NCBI GenBank assembly: GCA_036021505.1
Contig: JAYXVV010000009.1
Location: forward strand, 5,600 to 69,599
Reading direction: 5' to 3'
Source: Myxococcota bacterium
Lineage (GTDB): Bacteria > Myxococcota_A > UBA796 > CAJQPC01
Length of the DNA stretch: 64,000 nucleotides
Shown: positions 18,645 to 28,733 of the stretch, piece after piece
Numbering within the stretch: the first letter of the stretch is position 1
Layout: every line of letters starts with the position of its first letter
Notes under the pieces: generated by a model
Seen by the model: only the letters and a program-made list of their open reading frames with translations
Databases searched by the model: none
What the model was told of the DNA's origin: nothing
Made by a program: the position numbers and the translations under genes

Positions 18645-19646
18645 ATGCGAGTTTGTGTCTTAGGAGGGGGGTCTTGGGGAACAGCCCTTGGACTCCACTC
18701 TGCTCGAGTGGGGCACCGGACCACCATCTGGGAATACGATCCCAGCTTGGCCGCTGCCCATCAAGCAGCAAGAGAGAATTCCCGCTATCTCCCTGGAATT
18801 TCCTTTCCCGACCCGCTGAACATGACCGGCGACTTGGAAGAGGCCCTGTCCGAGGCTGAAATCGTGCTGGCGGTTGTCCCGTCTCAGACCATGCGCAGTA
18901 CCATCGAGAGGGCTGCGGCATTCCTGCCCGAGAAAGCCACGTTGTGCATTGCCTCCAAGGGCGTCGAGCAGAAGAGCTTGATGACCATGGACGAGGTTCT
19001 CTGCGATGTGCTCGATCCCGTCCACCACTCTCGAATCGCCGTACTTTCCGGTCCTTCATTCGCTCTCGAGTTGGCCCAAGAAAAAGCGACAGCGGTTGTG
19101 GTGGCGTCCAAATCGGAGAACCTCGCAGAAGAAACCGCCGAAGCCTTTCATGCTGGCAACTTTCGCGTGTACCACTCCACCGATGTGGTGGGGGTCGAGA
19201 TGGGCGGGGCGATCAAAAACGTCATGGCCATTGCCTGCGGAATCTGCGATGGCGCGGGACTGGGAACCAACTGCCGGGCAGCACTGATCACACGGGGGCT
19301 TGCTGAGATTACACGACTGGCTGTGGCACGAGGAGCCAACCCTTTGACTCTGGCGGGTCTGGCAGGCATGGGCGATCTCGTCCTGACCTGTACAGGAGAC
19401 CTGTCCCGAAACCGACGGGTGGGCCTGGGCTTGGGGCAAGGCAAAACGCTGAGCACCATCTTGGAGGAACTGGGCCAGGTCGCAGAGGGTGTCATGACCG
19501 CTCGTTCCGCCTACAACCTCGGAATCCAAACCCAGGTTGAAATGCCCATCACACGGGAAGTCTACGCGATGCTCTACGAGGACAAACCTGTTCCTGTCGC
19601 TCTGAGTGATCTTCTCGGTCGTCAGAGAAAAGCCGAACTCGACTGA
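18645..19646 (+). CDS. gpsA: NAD(P)H-dependent glycerol-3-phosphate dehydrogenase
   Basis: GGGSWGTALG, GPSFALE, KNVMAIACGI, GDLVLTCTGDLSRNRRVG. It starts 2 nt after the upstream stop. Confidence 0.92.
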   Translation: MRVCVLGGGSWGTALGLHSARVGHRTTIWEYDPSLAAAHQAARENSRYLPGISFPDPLNMTGDLEEALSEAEIVLAVVPSQTMRSTIERAAAFLPEKATLCIASKGVEQKSLMTMDEVLCDVLDPVHHSRIAVLSGPSFALELAQEKATAVVVASKSENLAEETAEAFHAGNFRVYHSTDVVGVEMGGAIKNVMAIACGICDGAGLGTNCRAALITRGLAEITRLAVARGANPLTLAGLAGMGDLVLTCTGDLSRNRRVGLGLGQGKTLSTILEELGQVAEGVMTARSAYNLGIQTQVEMPITREVYAMLYEDKPVPVALSDLLGRQRKAELD

Positions 19647-19664
19647 CTCGGATAAGCCTTTCGC

Positions 19665-20174
19665 ATGGACAAAAACCAACAGATCCAACTCTTGCTGAAG
19701 CATGCCTTCTTCCAAGGCCTCAGCCCCACCGAGATGAAAGCCCTGTTCTCCGCGGGAGACATTCGGGCCTACTCCCAAGGCCAGGTTCTCTTTCATCAAG
19801 ACGAACCCTCCAACGGATTGATCTTCGTGATGTCCGGAATCTTTCATGTCCATTTGGAAGGTCGCGAACTTCCATTGGCCACAGTGAAGGCCGGAGAAGT
19901 CATTGGGGAGGTGGGGCTGTTGGGCCGTTCCAAACGTTCTGCGACGGTGAGTGCCCAGACCGAGGCCTTTGTCTGGCATCTTTCGCTGGAGGTTTTCGAG
20001 GGACTCATCAAACGAGGGGACACCCTCGTCGACGGCCTGCTGAAAGGAATGGGCGACGACCTCTGCCGACGTTTTCGAGAAGGCGTCTACGAGGCCGCCT
20101 CCATCATGGGTGAACTCGCCCCAAAAACGGCAGCTCGTCTCACCGAAGAGGACCTTGAGGAAAAACTGCCATGA
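19665..20174 (+). CDS. cyclic-nucleotide-binding domain protein
   Basis: cNMP-binding fold pattern (FFQGLS..., GEVIGEVGLL, RSATV). Confidence 0.72.
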   Translation: MDKNQQIQLLLKHAFFQGLSPTEMKALFSAGDIRAYSQGQVLFHQDEPSNGLIFVMSGIFHVHLEGRELPLATVKAGEVIGEVGLLGRSKRSATVSAQTEAFVWHLSLEVFEGLIKRGDTLVDGLLKGMGDDLCRRFREGVYEAASIMGELAPKTAARLTEEDLEEKLP

Positions 20175-20638
20175 CGCCAACTGAGTTGATCCAACATGCC
20201 GATGTTCTTGGACTTCTGGAAGAGGAAGACCTCTTGCCGCTCGCGAGCATGCTTGAGCCGCTTACCTTGAACCGAGGCCAGGTCCTCATTCGAGAGGGCA
20301 AGAGGGCTCCGGGAACGTTCTTGATCGTCAACGGCGAGGTCCAGATTGAAAAAATGCTGCCCGGAGACACCCAGCGGGTTTTGATGTCGCCTGTAAAGAC
20401 GGGTGAGTGGATCGGCATCGTTTCGCTTCTGGACGGTCAAGAAGCCACTGCGAGTGTGGTGGCCACAAGCGAGGGTCAGGCACTCGCATTGAATCGCGCC
20501 AACTTCGAGGCTCTGCGAAAAAACAACAACGCCCTCTCACTGCGCTTCGGACGCACCGTCCTGGCTTGCTTGGCCCAGCAGCTTACCCGAGTGAATCAAA
20601 GCGTCTCCGGTCTGCGAAGCGCCCTGGAGCAGCGGTGA
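20171..20638 (+). CDS. cyclic-nucleotide-binding domain protein
   Basis: A second cNMP-binding fold (GEWIGIVSLLDG...ATASVVA). The ATG overlaps the upstream TGA (ATGA). Confidence 0.72.
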   Translation: MTPTELIQHADVLGLLEEEDLLPLASMLEPLTLNRGQVLIREGKRAPGTFLIVNGEVQIEKMLPGDTQRVLMSPVKTGEWIGIVSLLDGQEATASVVATSEGQALALNRANFEALRKNNNALSLRFGRTVLACLAQQLTRVNQSVSGLRSALEQR

Positions 20639-21510
20639 AATCCGAGAGGGACCTCAAGAACGACCTTCTGCGGTTCGCGCATCTCTGCTACGAACGCAAC
20701 CTCTTGGTTGCCATGGACGGAAACCTCTCGGTTCGCTTGGCCGATGGCAACATCCTGTGCACACAGGCAGGATGTCACAAAGGGTTGCTCACTGAGGACC
20801 AGCTCGTCGTCATCGACCCCCGGGGACAAAAAATTCGAGGGCGCGGTGAGCCCACTTCAGAGATGGCCATGCATCTGGCCTGCTACAACGCACGCAAGGA
20901 TGTGAACGCGATCGTTCATGCCCACCCTCCCATTTCGATCGCCTTCACAATCGCCGGTGTCAGCATGGCTCATTGTGTGCTTCCTGAGGTCGTCCTGACT
21001 CTCGGTACGGTTCCCACACTGCCTTATGCAACCACGGGGACCACTGAGCTCGCAGACCTCGTGGGAGAAGCTGCGAAAAACCATGACGCCCTCTTGATGG
21101 ACCGCCACGGTGCTGTCTGCATGGGAACCGACCTCCTCGAGGCATTTTGCCGCCTCGAGACCATGGAACACACGGCTCTCATCACCAAACTGGCGAGGGA
21201 CATGGGCTCGGTAAAAACCCTGCCTTCCGATGAGGCGGTTCGACTCCGACAAATGGGACTCAAACGCTACGGAGGCCCACCTCGAGCTGTGGCCAAAGCC
21301 GATGAGCCCGGAGCGGACCTTCCTGAAGCTTGTTTGACCTGCAGCGGCTGCAGCAACCCCTCTCCGACCGGTGTGGGCCCCGAGGTCAACCTGAGGCTGG
21401 CCCGAGTTCTGGCCTCTTCATCCCCAAGCGAACCACGAGCCTCTGCGAGGCTCAATGAGCTGGTGACCGAGGAACTTATGAAGGCCCTCGGTCGTAAAGA
21501 CCGGGCCTGA
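20635..21510 (+). CDS. class II aldolase/adducin-domain protein with Cys-rich C-terminal extension
   Basis: MDGNLSVRL, PTSEMAMHL, AIVHAHPP, LMDRHGAVCMG. The GTG start overlaps the upstream TGA (GTGA). About 90 extra C-terminal aa contain CLTCSGC. Confidence 0.72.
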   Translation: MKSERDLKNDLLRFAHLCYERNLLVAMDGNLSVRLADGNILCTQAGCHKGLLTEDQLVVIDPRGQKIRGRGEPTSEMAMHLACYNARKDVNAIVHAHPPISIAFTIAGVSMAHCVLPEVVLTLGTVPTLPYATTGTTELADLVGEAAKNHDALLMDRHGAVCMGTDLLEAFCRLETMEHTALITKLARDMGSVKTLPSDEAVRLRQMGLKRYGGPPRAVAKADEPGADLPEACLTCSGCSNPSPTGVGPEVNLRLARVLASSSPSEPRASARLNELVTEELMKALGRKDRA

Positions 21511-22738
21511 GAGACTCTCCCAAAACCTGGGAGACGGCAGGGGGTGTCTCAGCGACCACTTGCCCTCTGCGGAGTACCCAACGCGGCTTTGCCCGCAGCC
21601 GAAAAACTTCCTCCGGTCCGGCCACCGCGTGGACCAACAGATCCGCTACAGCTCCTTCTTGGAGGGTTGGAGCGCCACCAAAAGGCTCATGGTTGTCATC
21701 AACCAAAATCCGATGAACTCGACGGATTTCATTCGGACGGGTCATCTGTGCCACGTGAATCAACATCGACGCTGCATCAATGAGGTGGCCTCGCCCCAAG
21801 GGGTACCAAGGGTCCATGATGCTGTCGTGACCAATCCCTACCTTGGCGCCAGCCTTCAGCAATTCCGGGATGCGGGTGATGCCCCTCCGACGGGGATAGC
21901 CATCTCCTCTGCCTTGAAGAACAATGTTGTCGAGTGGATTCGCCACGACCTGGACCCCTGTTTCAGCGACCGCATTAATGGTTTTTTCTGCGACATTTTC
22001 TGCGTAAGAGTGCATGGCTGTACAGTGCCCAGCCAAGACATGATTCGAGAAATTGCGTGCCCGTTTCTGCTCGCAGACCCACAGGATGTGCTGGGACTCC
22101 GGGTCATCGGTTTCATCGCAGTGGAGATCCACATGAAGCCCATGCCGTTCTGCGAGATCAAATGCCAGAGAGATCGAATCCTTGCCCGCCTGGGTGGTGG
22201 ACTCATGGTGTGGAATCGCCCCAACCGCATCGACACCGTTTGCTGCGGCCCACTCCAGATCCGCCTGCTGTCCAGGAGCATTGAACACCCCCTCCTGCGG
22301 AAAGGCCACCACCTGAAGGTCGATCAAATGCGACACCTCCTCACGGAATTGGCACATCACCTCTACGGCCAACCGAGAACCGCAGTCCACATGGGTCCGT
22401 ATTCGTCCTGTTCCCTGAGCGACACACCATTTCACCGCAACAGTAGCCCTGTGCAGCAGACCTGCTTCGGTCAGACTCGGGCGGTGCCTGGCCCAATTGG
22501 CGATGCCCTCCTCCAAGGTACCGCTCTCGTTTGGCCTACGCTGAGCCAAGAGGACCGCGTCAAGGTGGAGGTGCGGATCTGCATAAGGCGGCGTAAGAAA
22601 CCCCCCGTCGGCCTCCAAGACGGGCCCTCTCAACTCGAGTGTACCCAGTGGAGCGATGCGGTGGATCCTGCCGTCGAGGATTCGAACATCCACCCGCTCT
22701 CCGTCCAAGAGAGCATTTCGGATGCTCAATCCATCCAA
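21476..22738 (-). CDS. codA: cytosine deaminase
   Basis: Colinear with E. coli CodA: PHLHLD, GTLEEGI, RTHVDC, VVAFPQEG, GAIPH, HCDETDD, MHSY, YPRRRGITR, GHDSIMDPWYPLG. A TTG start is implied. Confidence 0.88.
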   Translation of the reverse strand: MDGLSIRNALLDGERVDVRILDGRIHRIAPLGTLELRGPVLEADGGFLTPPYADPHLHLDAVLLAQRRPNESGTLEEGIANWARHRPSLTEAGLLHRATVAVKWCVAQGTGRIRTHVDCGSRLAVEVMCQFREEVSHLIDLQVVAFPQEGVFNAPGQQADLEWAAANGVDAVGAIPHHESTTQAGKDSISLAFDLAERHGLHVDLHCDETDDPESQHILWVCEQKRARNFSNHVLAGHCTAMHSYAENVAEKTINAVAETGVQVVANPLDNIVLQGRGDGYPRRRGITRIPELLKAGAKVGIGHDSIMDPWYPLGRGHLIDAASMLIHVAQMTRPNEIRRVHRILVDDNHEPFGGAPTLQEGAVADLLVHAVAGPEEVFRLRAKPRWVLRRGQVVAETPPAVSQVLGESLRPGLYDRGPS

Positions 22739-22749
22739 GGGAGCCCCAT

Positions 22750-23580
22750 CTATTCGTAGTAGCTCGTGTCGCGAGACACGCGGTTCATGCGCAGCTCGCC
22801 GGAGAGATCCATGAACCCCAGAATCGACTGCTCCCAGTATCCCTCGAGCTCACCGTCCCTGCTGACGCTGCCCTCGTACTCGGTGGGAAGCTGGAAGCCG
22901 TAGATGTCAACAGCGGCTTCACCAAGAAGCCCGTCTTTTCCATTCTCCAGGTCGAAGACATAGGCGAGTTCTGTGGCTTGACCCTGAATGGAAAGAATGC
23001 AGTCCGCTTCTCCTTCTGCGACTTCCCCATACACATCCAGCACCATGATCGCCCCACCGGCACAGCCCACCTGAAACTCACCGAGATCCGCGTCCACGAT
23101 GATGCTTCCGGCATAGGTGCCAGCGACCTCGCTCTGCACCCAGACCCCACCAACGGCGTCAAAGAGTCGCTCCCCGTTGGGCAACTCCGCGTTCACCCTG
23201 AGGGTGTGGACCCCCACATCCAACTCATCGTCCTCGAATGCACCTGCGGTAATCCGCCAGTTTTCATCGATGGTGGAGTTCCAGTTGATGTCCTCGAAAT
23301 CGAGCGGATCTCCATCCTTGCTCCAGAGCACGGCTTCGAAATCGGTTGGCTCTCCATACGGAACAAAACTGTTCGCCGCAGGTGACACGATCTCCAAGGT
23401 CGCTCCCTCGTAGGGATCCACGGGCTCTGCGGTTCCAGGCTCCTCGGTTCCAGGCTGCTCCGAGCCGGGCTCCTCGGTTCCAGGCTCCTCACCCTCGCCC
23501 TCCAAACTCACCACAGCATTGTCCGACCCGCAGGCCCATAGAAGAGGAGCAAAGAGGAATAAGTTCAGCTGAAGACGCAC
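22750..23580 (-). CDS. predicted lipoprotein, acidic PGTEEPG-repeat N-terminus
   Basis: A GTG start gives the signal peptide VRLQLNLFLFAPLLWAC (lipobox LWAC). There is no recognisable domain. Confidence 0.5.
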   Translation of the reverse strand: MRLQLNLFLFAPLLWACGSDNAVVSLEGEGEEPGTEEPGSEQPGTEEPGTAEPVDPYEGATLEIVSPAANSFVPYGEPTDFEAVLWSKDGDPLDFEDINWNSTIDENWRITAGAFEDDELDVGVHTLRVNAELPNGERLFDAVGGVWVQSEVAGTYAGSIIVDADLGEFQVGCAGGAIMVLDVYGEVAEGEADCILSIQGQATELAYVFDLENGKDGLLGEAAVDIYGFQLPTEYEGSVSRDGELEGYWEQSILGFMDLSGELRMNRVSRDTSYYE

Positions 23581-23641
23581 AGGATCACCTCGTAGTGGAA
23601 TTGGGCCCACGGTTATACCACCTCGTTTCTGGGGGTCGGGA

Positions 23642-25219
23642 TCAATTAAGCGCCTGTTCCACCCGATCCCTCAGTTCTGGGCTCTCGAATGGCTTAAAAA
23701 TGACAATCTCCGCGTGCTTCTCCAGAAACTCCTCAGCCTCGGGATTCTTGGCTCCACCCGTGAGAAAGAGAAAACACGAACCCAATTCAGGATGACTTCC
23801 CTTTACCCTTTCAAAGAGCGCACTCCCCGCTTCATCCGGGAGCGACAGATCGCAGAGAATTAGCGCTGGTGGCTGGGATTCGATCTGTTCCAGAGCCTCC
23901 TTGGCCGTGTGCGCTACCGTGATTTCCCCCAAACCCTTGAGCACTCTTCGAATCGCTCGCGTCATCGGGGCCTCGTCGTCCACCAAGAGGATTCGTGGCA
24001 GGTTTTCCTTCACAAGATCCGGCTCTTCATTCTCCTCGATTTCCTGCTGGAACTGCGTGGGCACAGGCAGCTGGACCTCGACACGTGTTCCCTCATTCAC
24101 TGAGGACGTCACCTGTATCTCTCCACCATGCCGCTGAAGAATGTCTCGACAGATGGCCAGCCCCAAACCCGAATGCCCCTGGTGTTCTCTCATGGTGAAA
24201 AACGGATCGAAGATGCGCGACTGCTGTTCTTCTGGAATGCCAGCCCCCCAATCCTGAACAAGGACCCGAACACGACCCGAATCGGTACTCGTTGAGACGG
24301 TCACCACATCGTTCGAACTCGGATTTTTAGCGTAGGCCTGAATTCCATTCAGGAGGATGTTGAGAAAGGCCTGTGCGAGTCGACCTGGGGAAGCGTTCAC
24401 TGGGGGACAATCCTGGAGTGACATCTCAATTTGCACCGCACCCGCCATCTGACTTCGCGCCATCTCGACGGCGGTCTTGAGTGCTTGATTGATGTCCAAG
24501 GGCATCCACTCATCCTCATCCGCGCGTTGAAATCCTTTGAGGTCTCCAACAATGTCCCGGATTCGACGCATGCCCTCCAGGCTTTCCGTAAGCATGTCTT
24601 TCATGTCTTGAAGGTTCTGCGGGTAGTAGGAGGCCTCTGCCTGTGCCTCCAGTTCCTCCACCCGATCGGCGGGCGCATGTTCCCTTGAAAGGGTCAGCGA
24701 CGTTTCAAGAAGGGCCTTGAGTTCCACGACGGAGAGCTGCAGTTCGTTGAGATTGGTCACCACCCAGGCTGCTGGATTGTTGATGGAGTGCGCCATGCCT
24801 GTCGCCAACTGACCCAGGGTTGCCAACTTCTCTCTCTCAATCAGATCCGCATGAAGCAACCAACTGCCCTCATCGCTCAGCAGGGAATCCAGTGGATCGC
24901 CCCCCACGACCTGGTGCGATCGACACACTGTCTCTGCATTTCCTGGGTCCGACAGGTCAGCGACTCCAGCCCGCCACAACGCAAGCAGCTGCTCCGTAGA
25001 CAGCCCTTCTGCACAGACCACCACCGGCAGTCCCGTCATCTGAAGGACAGCCCCCACCTCCAAGACCCCATCATGGAGGACGACGACGTCGATGGCCTCC
25101 TCCACCAAGACCTCCCCCATTCCCAGAAGCCCATCGACCTCAAAAACCTCGACGAACTCCGTCCATGCCACTCGGAGGGACAGAGAAGTTCGTATTTCCA
25201 GAATTTTCAGAGGTGTCAT
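23642..25219 (-). CDS. hybrid sensor histidine kinase/response regulator
   Basis: HisKA H-box LATGMAHSINNP. HATPase N/G boxes (NILLNGIQ, DWGAGI, GHSGLGLAI). C-terminal receiver ILLVDDE...ILCDLSLPD. The N-terminal receiver-like region is degenerate. Confidence 0.85.
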   Translation of the reverse strand: MTPLKILEIRTSLSLRVAWTEFVEVFEVDGLLGMGEVLVEEAIDVVVLHDGVLEVGAVLQMTGLPVVVCAEGLSTEQLLALWRAGVADLSDPGNAETVCRSHQVVGGDPLDSLLSDEGSWLLHADLIEREKLATLGQLATGMAHSINNPAAWVVTNLNELQLSVVELKALLETSLTLSREHAPADRVEELEAQAEASYYPQNLQDMKDMLTESLEGMRRIRDIVGDLKGFQRADEDEWMPLDINQALKTAVEMARSQMAGAVQIEMSLQDCPPVNASPGRLAQAFLNILLNGIQAYAKNPSSNDVVTVSTSTDSGRVRVLVQDWGAGIPEEQQSRIFDPFFTMREHQGHSGLGLAICRDILQRHGGEIQVTSSVNEGTRVEVQLPVPTQFQQEIEENEEPDLVKENLPRILLVDDEAPMTRAIRRVLKGLGEITVAHTAKEALEQIESQPPALILCDLSLPDEAGSALFERVKGSHPELGSCFLFLTGGAKNPEAEEFLEKHAEIVIFKPFESPELRDRVEQALN

Positions 25220-25307
25220 GGATGCCTTGAACCTGAAGTACCTTAGCCTAGCGCATTTTGCGATGCAGTGGGGGCTCAGTTAGCGTCATCTCACGCCCAA
25301 GGAAGTC

Positions 25308-26258
25308 ATGAGCAACGCGATCCAAGTTACCGGCCTCGAGAAGAACTACGGCCCCATTCGCGCGCTGGACGGAATTGATTTCAGCATCTCCGGCGGTGAA
25401 GTCGTCGGTCTCCTCGGACCCAACGGGGCGGGAAAATCCACGGCCATGAAAATCATGACCGGCTTCATTTCGGCTTCTGGCGGCTCGGTTTCTGTTTTTG
25501 GCAAAGACATTCTCTCCCACCCCATCGGCGTCAAGAACCATCTCGGCTATCTTCCAGAGGCCACACCGCTCTACCCCGAGATGACGGTGGGCAATTACCT
25601 GAGGTTCATTGCTCAAGTTCGGCACCTCGGATCGGCTGAGTCCAAGCGGGCGATCGACCGGGTGCTCGACCGATGCGACCTCAAAGACCGCACGCATCAG
25701 AGCATTGGCACACTCTCCAAAGGCCTCAAGCAACGGGTGGGCCTGGCCCAAGCCATGGTTCATGACCCTGACATTCTCATTCTCGACGAACCTACGAGTG
25801 GCTTGGATCCCAACCAGATTCAGGAAATTCGACGGCTGATTCGAGAGGTTGGCGAAACCAAGACTGTGCTTCTGTCCACCCACATCCTCTCGGAGGTTCA
25901 GGCCTCATGCGACCGGGTGATCATCATCAGTGGTGGTCAAATCGTGGCCGATGGACCCACCCAAGAAGTCACTCGCATGGGTCAAAAGGAGGCGCTTCAC
26001 ACCCTGGTCTCTGCAGGGTCCGTTCGCCTGAGCTCAGACGAAATCAAACGCGGCCTGGAGGCCGTCGAAGGGGTGCTCTCCGTAGACACTGGCTTTGGGG
26101 CAGAACTGGGCGAGGATGAACACCTCATGATCATCCGATCCGAGACCGATGTTCGACGTGCCGTTTCGCAGTGGGTTCATCAGCGCGGGCTGCTTCTGCT
26201 GGAACAACGCCGAGAGCAGAAAAATCTTGAAGAAGTCTTTCGAACCCTGACGACCTAA
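25308..26258 (+). CDS. ABC transporter ATP-binding protein (ABC-2/GldA-like)
   Basis: Walker A GPNGAGKST, signature LSKGLKQR, Walker B ILILDEPTSGLD, and a C-terminal regulatory extension. AAGGAAG lies before the ATG. Confidence 0.88.
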   Translation: MSNAIQVTGLEKNYGPIRALDGIDFSISGGEVVGLLGPNGAGKSTAMKIMTGFISASGGSVSVFGKDILSHPIGVKNHLGYLPEATPLYPEMTVGNYLRFIAQVRHLGSAESKRAIDRVLDRCDLKDRTHQSIGTLSKGLKQRVGLAQAMVHDPDILILDEPTSGLDPNQIQEIRRLIREVGETKTVLLSTHILSEVQASCDRVIIISGGQIVADGPTQEVTRMGQKEALHTLVSAGSVRLSSDEIKRGLEAVEGVLSVDTGFGAELGEDEHLMIIRSETDVRRAVSQWVHQRGLLLLEQRREQKNLEEVFRTLTT

Positions 26259-26806
26259 AGAAGCACATAAAGCAACAGTCCGACGAGGGCTATTCCTCCA
26301 ACGATGGGCAGCCATGACGGGGGACCTCCAGACTCTTTCTTCGTGCCCAAGTTCTGGAACTCGCGACTTCGAACCTCCGAGCCATGAACCGCTTGGATTC
26401 CACTTTTTGCCTTCTTCTGAGCTGCCACCTTTTTTGCCGAATCGTCTTTCTGCCATCCTTTTACTTTCTGGCTGGAGAGACGGATTGCAACCATATCCAA
26501 GCCAATCAGTTCAAAAAGCGACTCCAAATCCGGGTGTTCATAGACGGGCACCCACTCCCCGCCAGGAAAGCGCATGAACTCCCTGCCCGTCAGTGCGCCC
26601 TGATACACCTGCTGTTTGAGCTGGTAGATGTCATAGGTCCCAAGGGCCTCCCCAAGCGGTCCCTGGAGCTGTATCTTCATCAGATCTGGAATTCGATCTC
26701 CAGTCTTCGGCTCCAATTCAAAGGAGTGCATGCAAGCCGGGCAGGTCTGCAGGACCCCTTCAATCCCCGGGAAGGTGCTGCTGCATTCAGGACAGACAAT
26801 TTCCAT
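26255..26806 (-). CDS. zinc-ribbon plus GYF-like domain protein, C-terminal membrane anchor
   Basis: CPECSS...CPAC zinc ribbon, a GYF_2-like GREFMRFPGGEWVPVYEHPDL, a Lys-rich linker and a terminal TM helix. Confidence 0.55.
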   Translation of the reverse strand: MEIVCPECSSTFPGIEGVLQTCPACMHSFELEPKTGDRIPDLMKIQLQGPLGEALGTYDIYQLKQQVYQGALTGREFMRFPGGEWVPVYEHPDLESLFELIGLDMVAIRLSSQKVKGWQKDDSAKKVAAQKKAKSGIQAVHGSEVRSREFQNLGTKKESGGPPSWLPIVGGIALVGLLLYVLL

Positions 26807-26870
26807 GGAGCCACTTTAGCGCAGGTGACGCCCCTTGGGATCCCCCAAAGAGGATAAGGGATCTCCAGCT

Positions 26871-28733
26871 ATGTCCACAAAAAGCACCCAACCCCCTGCA
26901 TTCGTAATCGGCACTGCGGGCCACATCGACCACGGTAAAACCTCCCTCGTCCGCTCAATTACCGGAAACGATTTGGACGTCTTGCCGGAAGAGAAAGAGC
27001 GGGGAATCACCATTGCCTTAGGCTTCACTCACAAACTCCTTGGGTCAGGTCGGCGATTCGCTTTTGTGGATGTACCGGGTCACGAACGACTCATACGGAC
27101 AATGGTCTCAGGCGCTTCAGGAATTGATGCGGTCCTATTTTGTGTATCGGCTGCTGAGGGCGTCATGCCGCAGACCCGCGAGCACTTGGACATCCTTCGC
27201 CTGTTGGGAATCACTCACGGGGTTGTCGCGCTAACCCACTGCGATCTGGTGGAAGAGGAGCTCGCTGAACTTGCCGAGGAGGAACTGAGAGAGCTGCTCA
27301 GTGATACTTTTTTAAGCGAGGCCCCCATCATCCGGACCTCGGCAGTCACAGGCGAAGGAATTCAGCTTCTTGAGGCCGCACTCGAAGCTCTTCCCTTGAA
27401 AGACCATGCGCCCGGAGACGACTACAGACTGCCCATTGACCGTGTCTTTGTGAAGAAAGGATTCGGAACGGTCGTCACGGGTACAAGCCTTTCAGGAGGG
27501 GTAAGCGAGGGAGAAGAGCTTGTGCTCCTGCCCGGTCGCGTGCGCGTCCGGGTCCGTGGAATTCAGGTCCATGAGGAATCCCGTAAGGCCGCATGGGCGG
27601 GTGAGCGTACCGCGCTCAATCTCGCTGGAGTGGAGGGACAAGAACTCAAGAGGGGAATGGTCGTGGCCTCTCCGGCCCTCGCCGAAGCGAGCGCTGTCCT
27701 GGATGTCTCTTACCAACACCTGGAGAGCGCCCCAGCGCTTCGTTCCGGTACGCGGGTTCGTCTGCTGATCGGCACCACCGAGGTCCTGGCAGTCACTGAC
27801 ATCATTACGGAAGCCTCGCCCCTGTTGCCCGGACAGCAGGGCTACCTCCAGCTCCGCTGTGAACAGCCCGTTTTGGCCCTCCCCAACGACCGCTTTATCC
27901 TCCGACTGGAATCCCCTCTGATCACTCTGGGGGGCGGGCAAATACTCGATCCATGGGCACCAAGGTTTCGAAGCAAGAACCGAATGCTTGCGCTCGCTGA
28001 GCTGGCGCGACTGGAAGCTGGCGAGCACCAGGTATTTGTGGAGAGAGCGGGCCCCGCTGGACTCCCTGACGATGTCGCAAAAAAGAGACTGGGATCCACT
28101 GCTGAAGGTCTCTGTGCCTTGGGCGATCGCAGGGTCACCCCACACCAACTCGATGCACTCATAGCTCGACTCCTCCGTGATTTGGAGAAGGAGCATCAGT
28201 CGCTGAGGCTGGCCCATGGCGTGCCGCGAAGAAGCCTTCGAAAAAGTGTGTTCTTGGAATTGAGTCCCTCCGCATTTGATCAACTCTTGATGCATGCTGC
28301 CGGACACGGGGGGCTTGTCGAGGAGGGACCAAGGGTGCGCCTCCCCGGTTGGGAGGTTCGCCTGGATGAATCCGAGCAAAAGGCCGCTGCTCAGCTTCTC
28401 GAAAGGCTTTCTGCAGCACAGTGGACCCCACCGCCACCGGAAGAAATCCGTCCTCAATGCTCCGATCCCGACGGGTTGATCGCCTATCTTGCAGCCGAGA
28501 AAAAGCTCTGGAAAATTGCGGGGCTGCTCTACAGCTCGGATGCAATCTCATCGCTCAAATCATCGGTTGTACAGATCCTTGAAGAGGAAGGCTCCCTCTC
28601 TCCAGGCCGCTTCAAAGAACTCACAGGACTGAGTCGAAAATCCGCCATTCCCCTTCTGGAATTTTTGGACAGCCAAGGCGTCACCAAGCGTTCTGGCGAA
28701 ACCCGAATCGCGGCTACATCATGTTCGCTGTGA
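26871..28733 (+). CDS. selB: selenocysteine-specific translation elongation factor
   Basis: G domain [28 protein letters not shown], followed by beta-barrel domains and C-terminal winged-helix repeats. The ATG at 26871 lies after AAGAGGA. Confidence 0.88.
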   Translation: MSTKSTQPPAFVIGTAGHIDHGKTSLVRSITGNDLDVLPEEKERGITIALGFTHKLLGSGRRFAFVDVPGHERLIRTMVSGASGIDAVLFCVSAAEGVMPQTREHLDILRLLGITHGVVALTHCDLVEEELAELAEEELRELLSDTFLSEAPIIRTSAVTGEGIQLLEAALEALPLKDHAPGDDYRLPIDRVFVKKGFGTVVTGTSLSGGVSEGEELVLLPGRVRVRVRGIQVHEESRKAAWAGERTALNLAGVEGQELKRGMVVASPALAEASAVLDVSYQHLESAPALRSGTRVRLLIGTTEVLAVTDIITEASPLLPGQQGYLQLRCEQPVLALPNDRFILRLESPLITLGGGQILDPWAPRFRSKNRMLALAELARLEAGEHQVFVERAGPAGLPDDVAKKRLGSTAEGLCALGDRRVTPHQLDALIARLLRDLEKEHQSLRLAHGVPRRSLRKSVFLELSPSAFDQLLMHAAGHGGLVEEGPRVRLPGWEVRLDESEQKAAAQLLERLSAAQWTPPPPEEIRPQCSDPDGLIAYLAAEKKLWKIAGLLYSSDAISSLKSSVVQILEEEGSLSPGRFKELTGLSRKSAIPLLEFLDSQGVTKRSGETRIAATSCSL

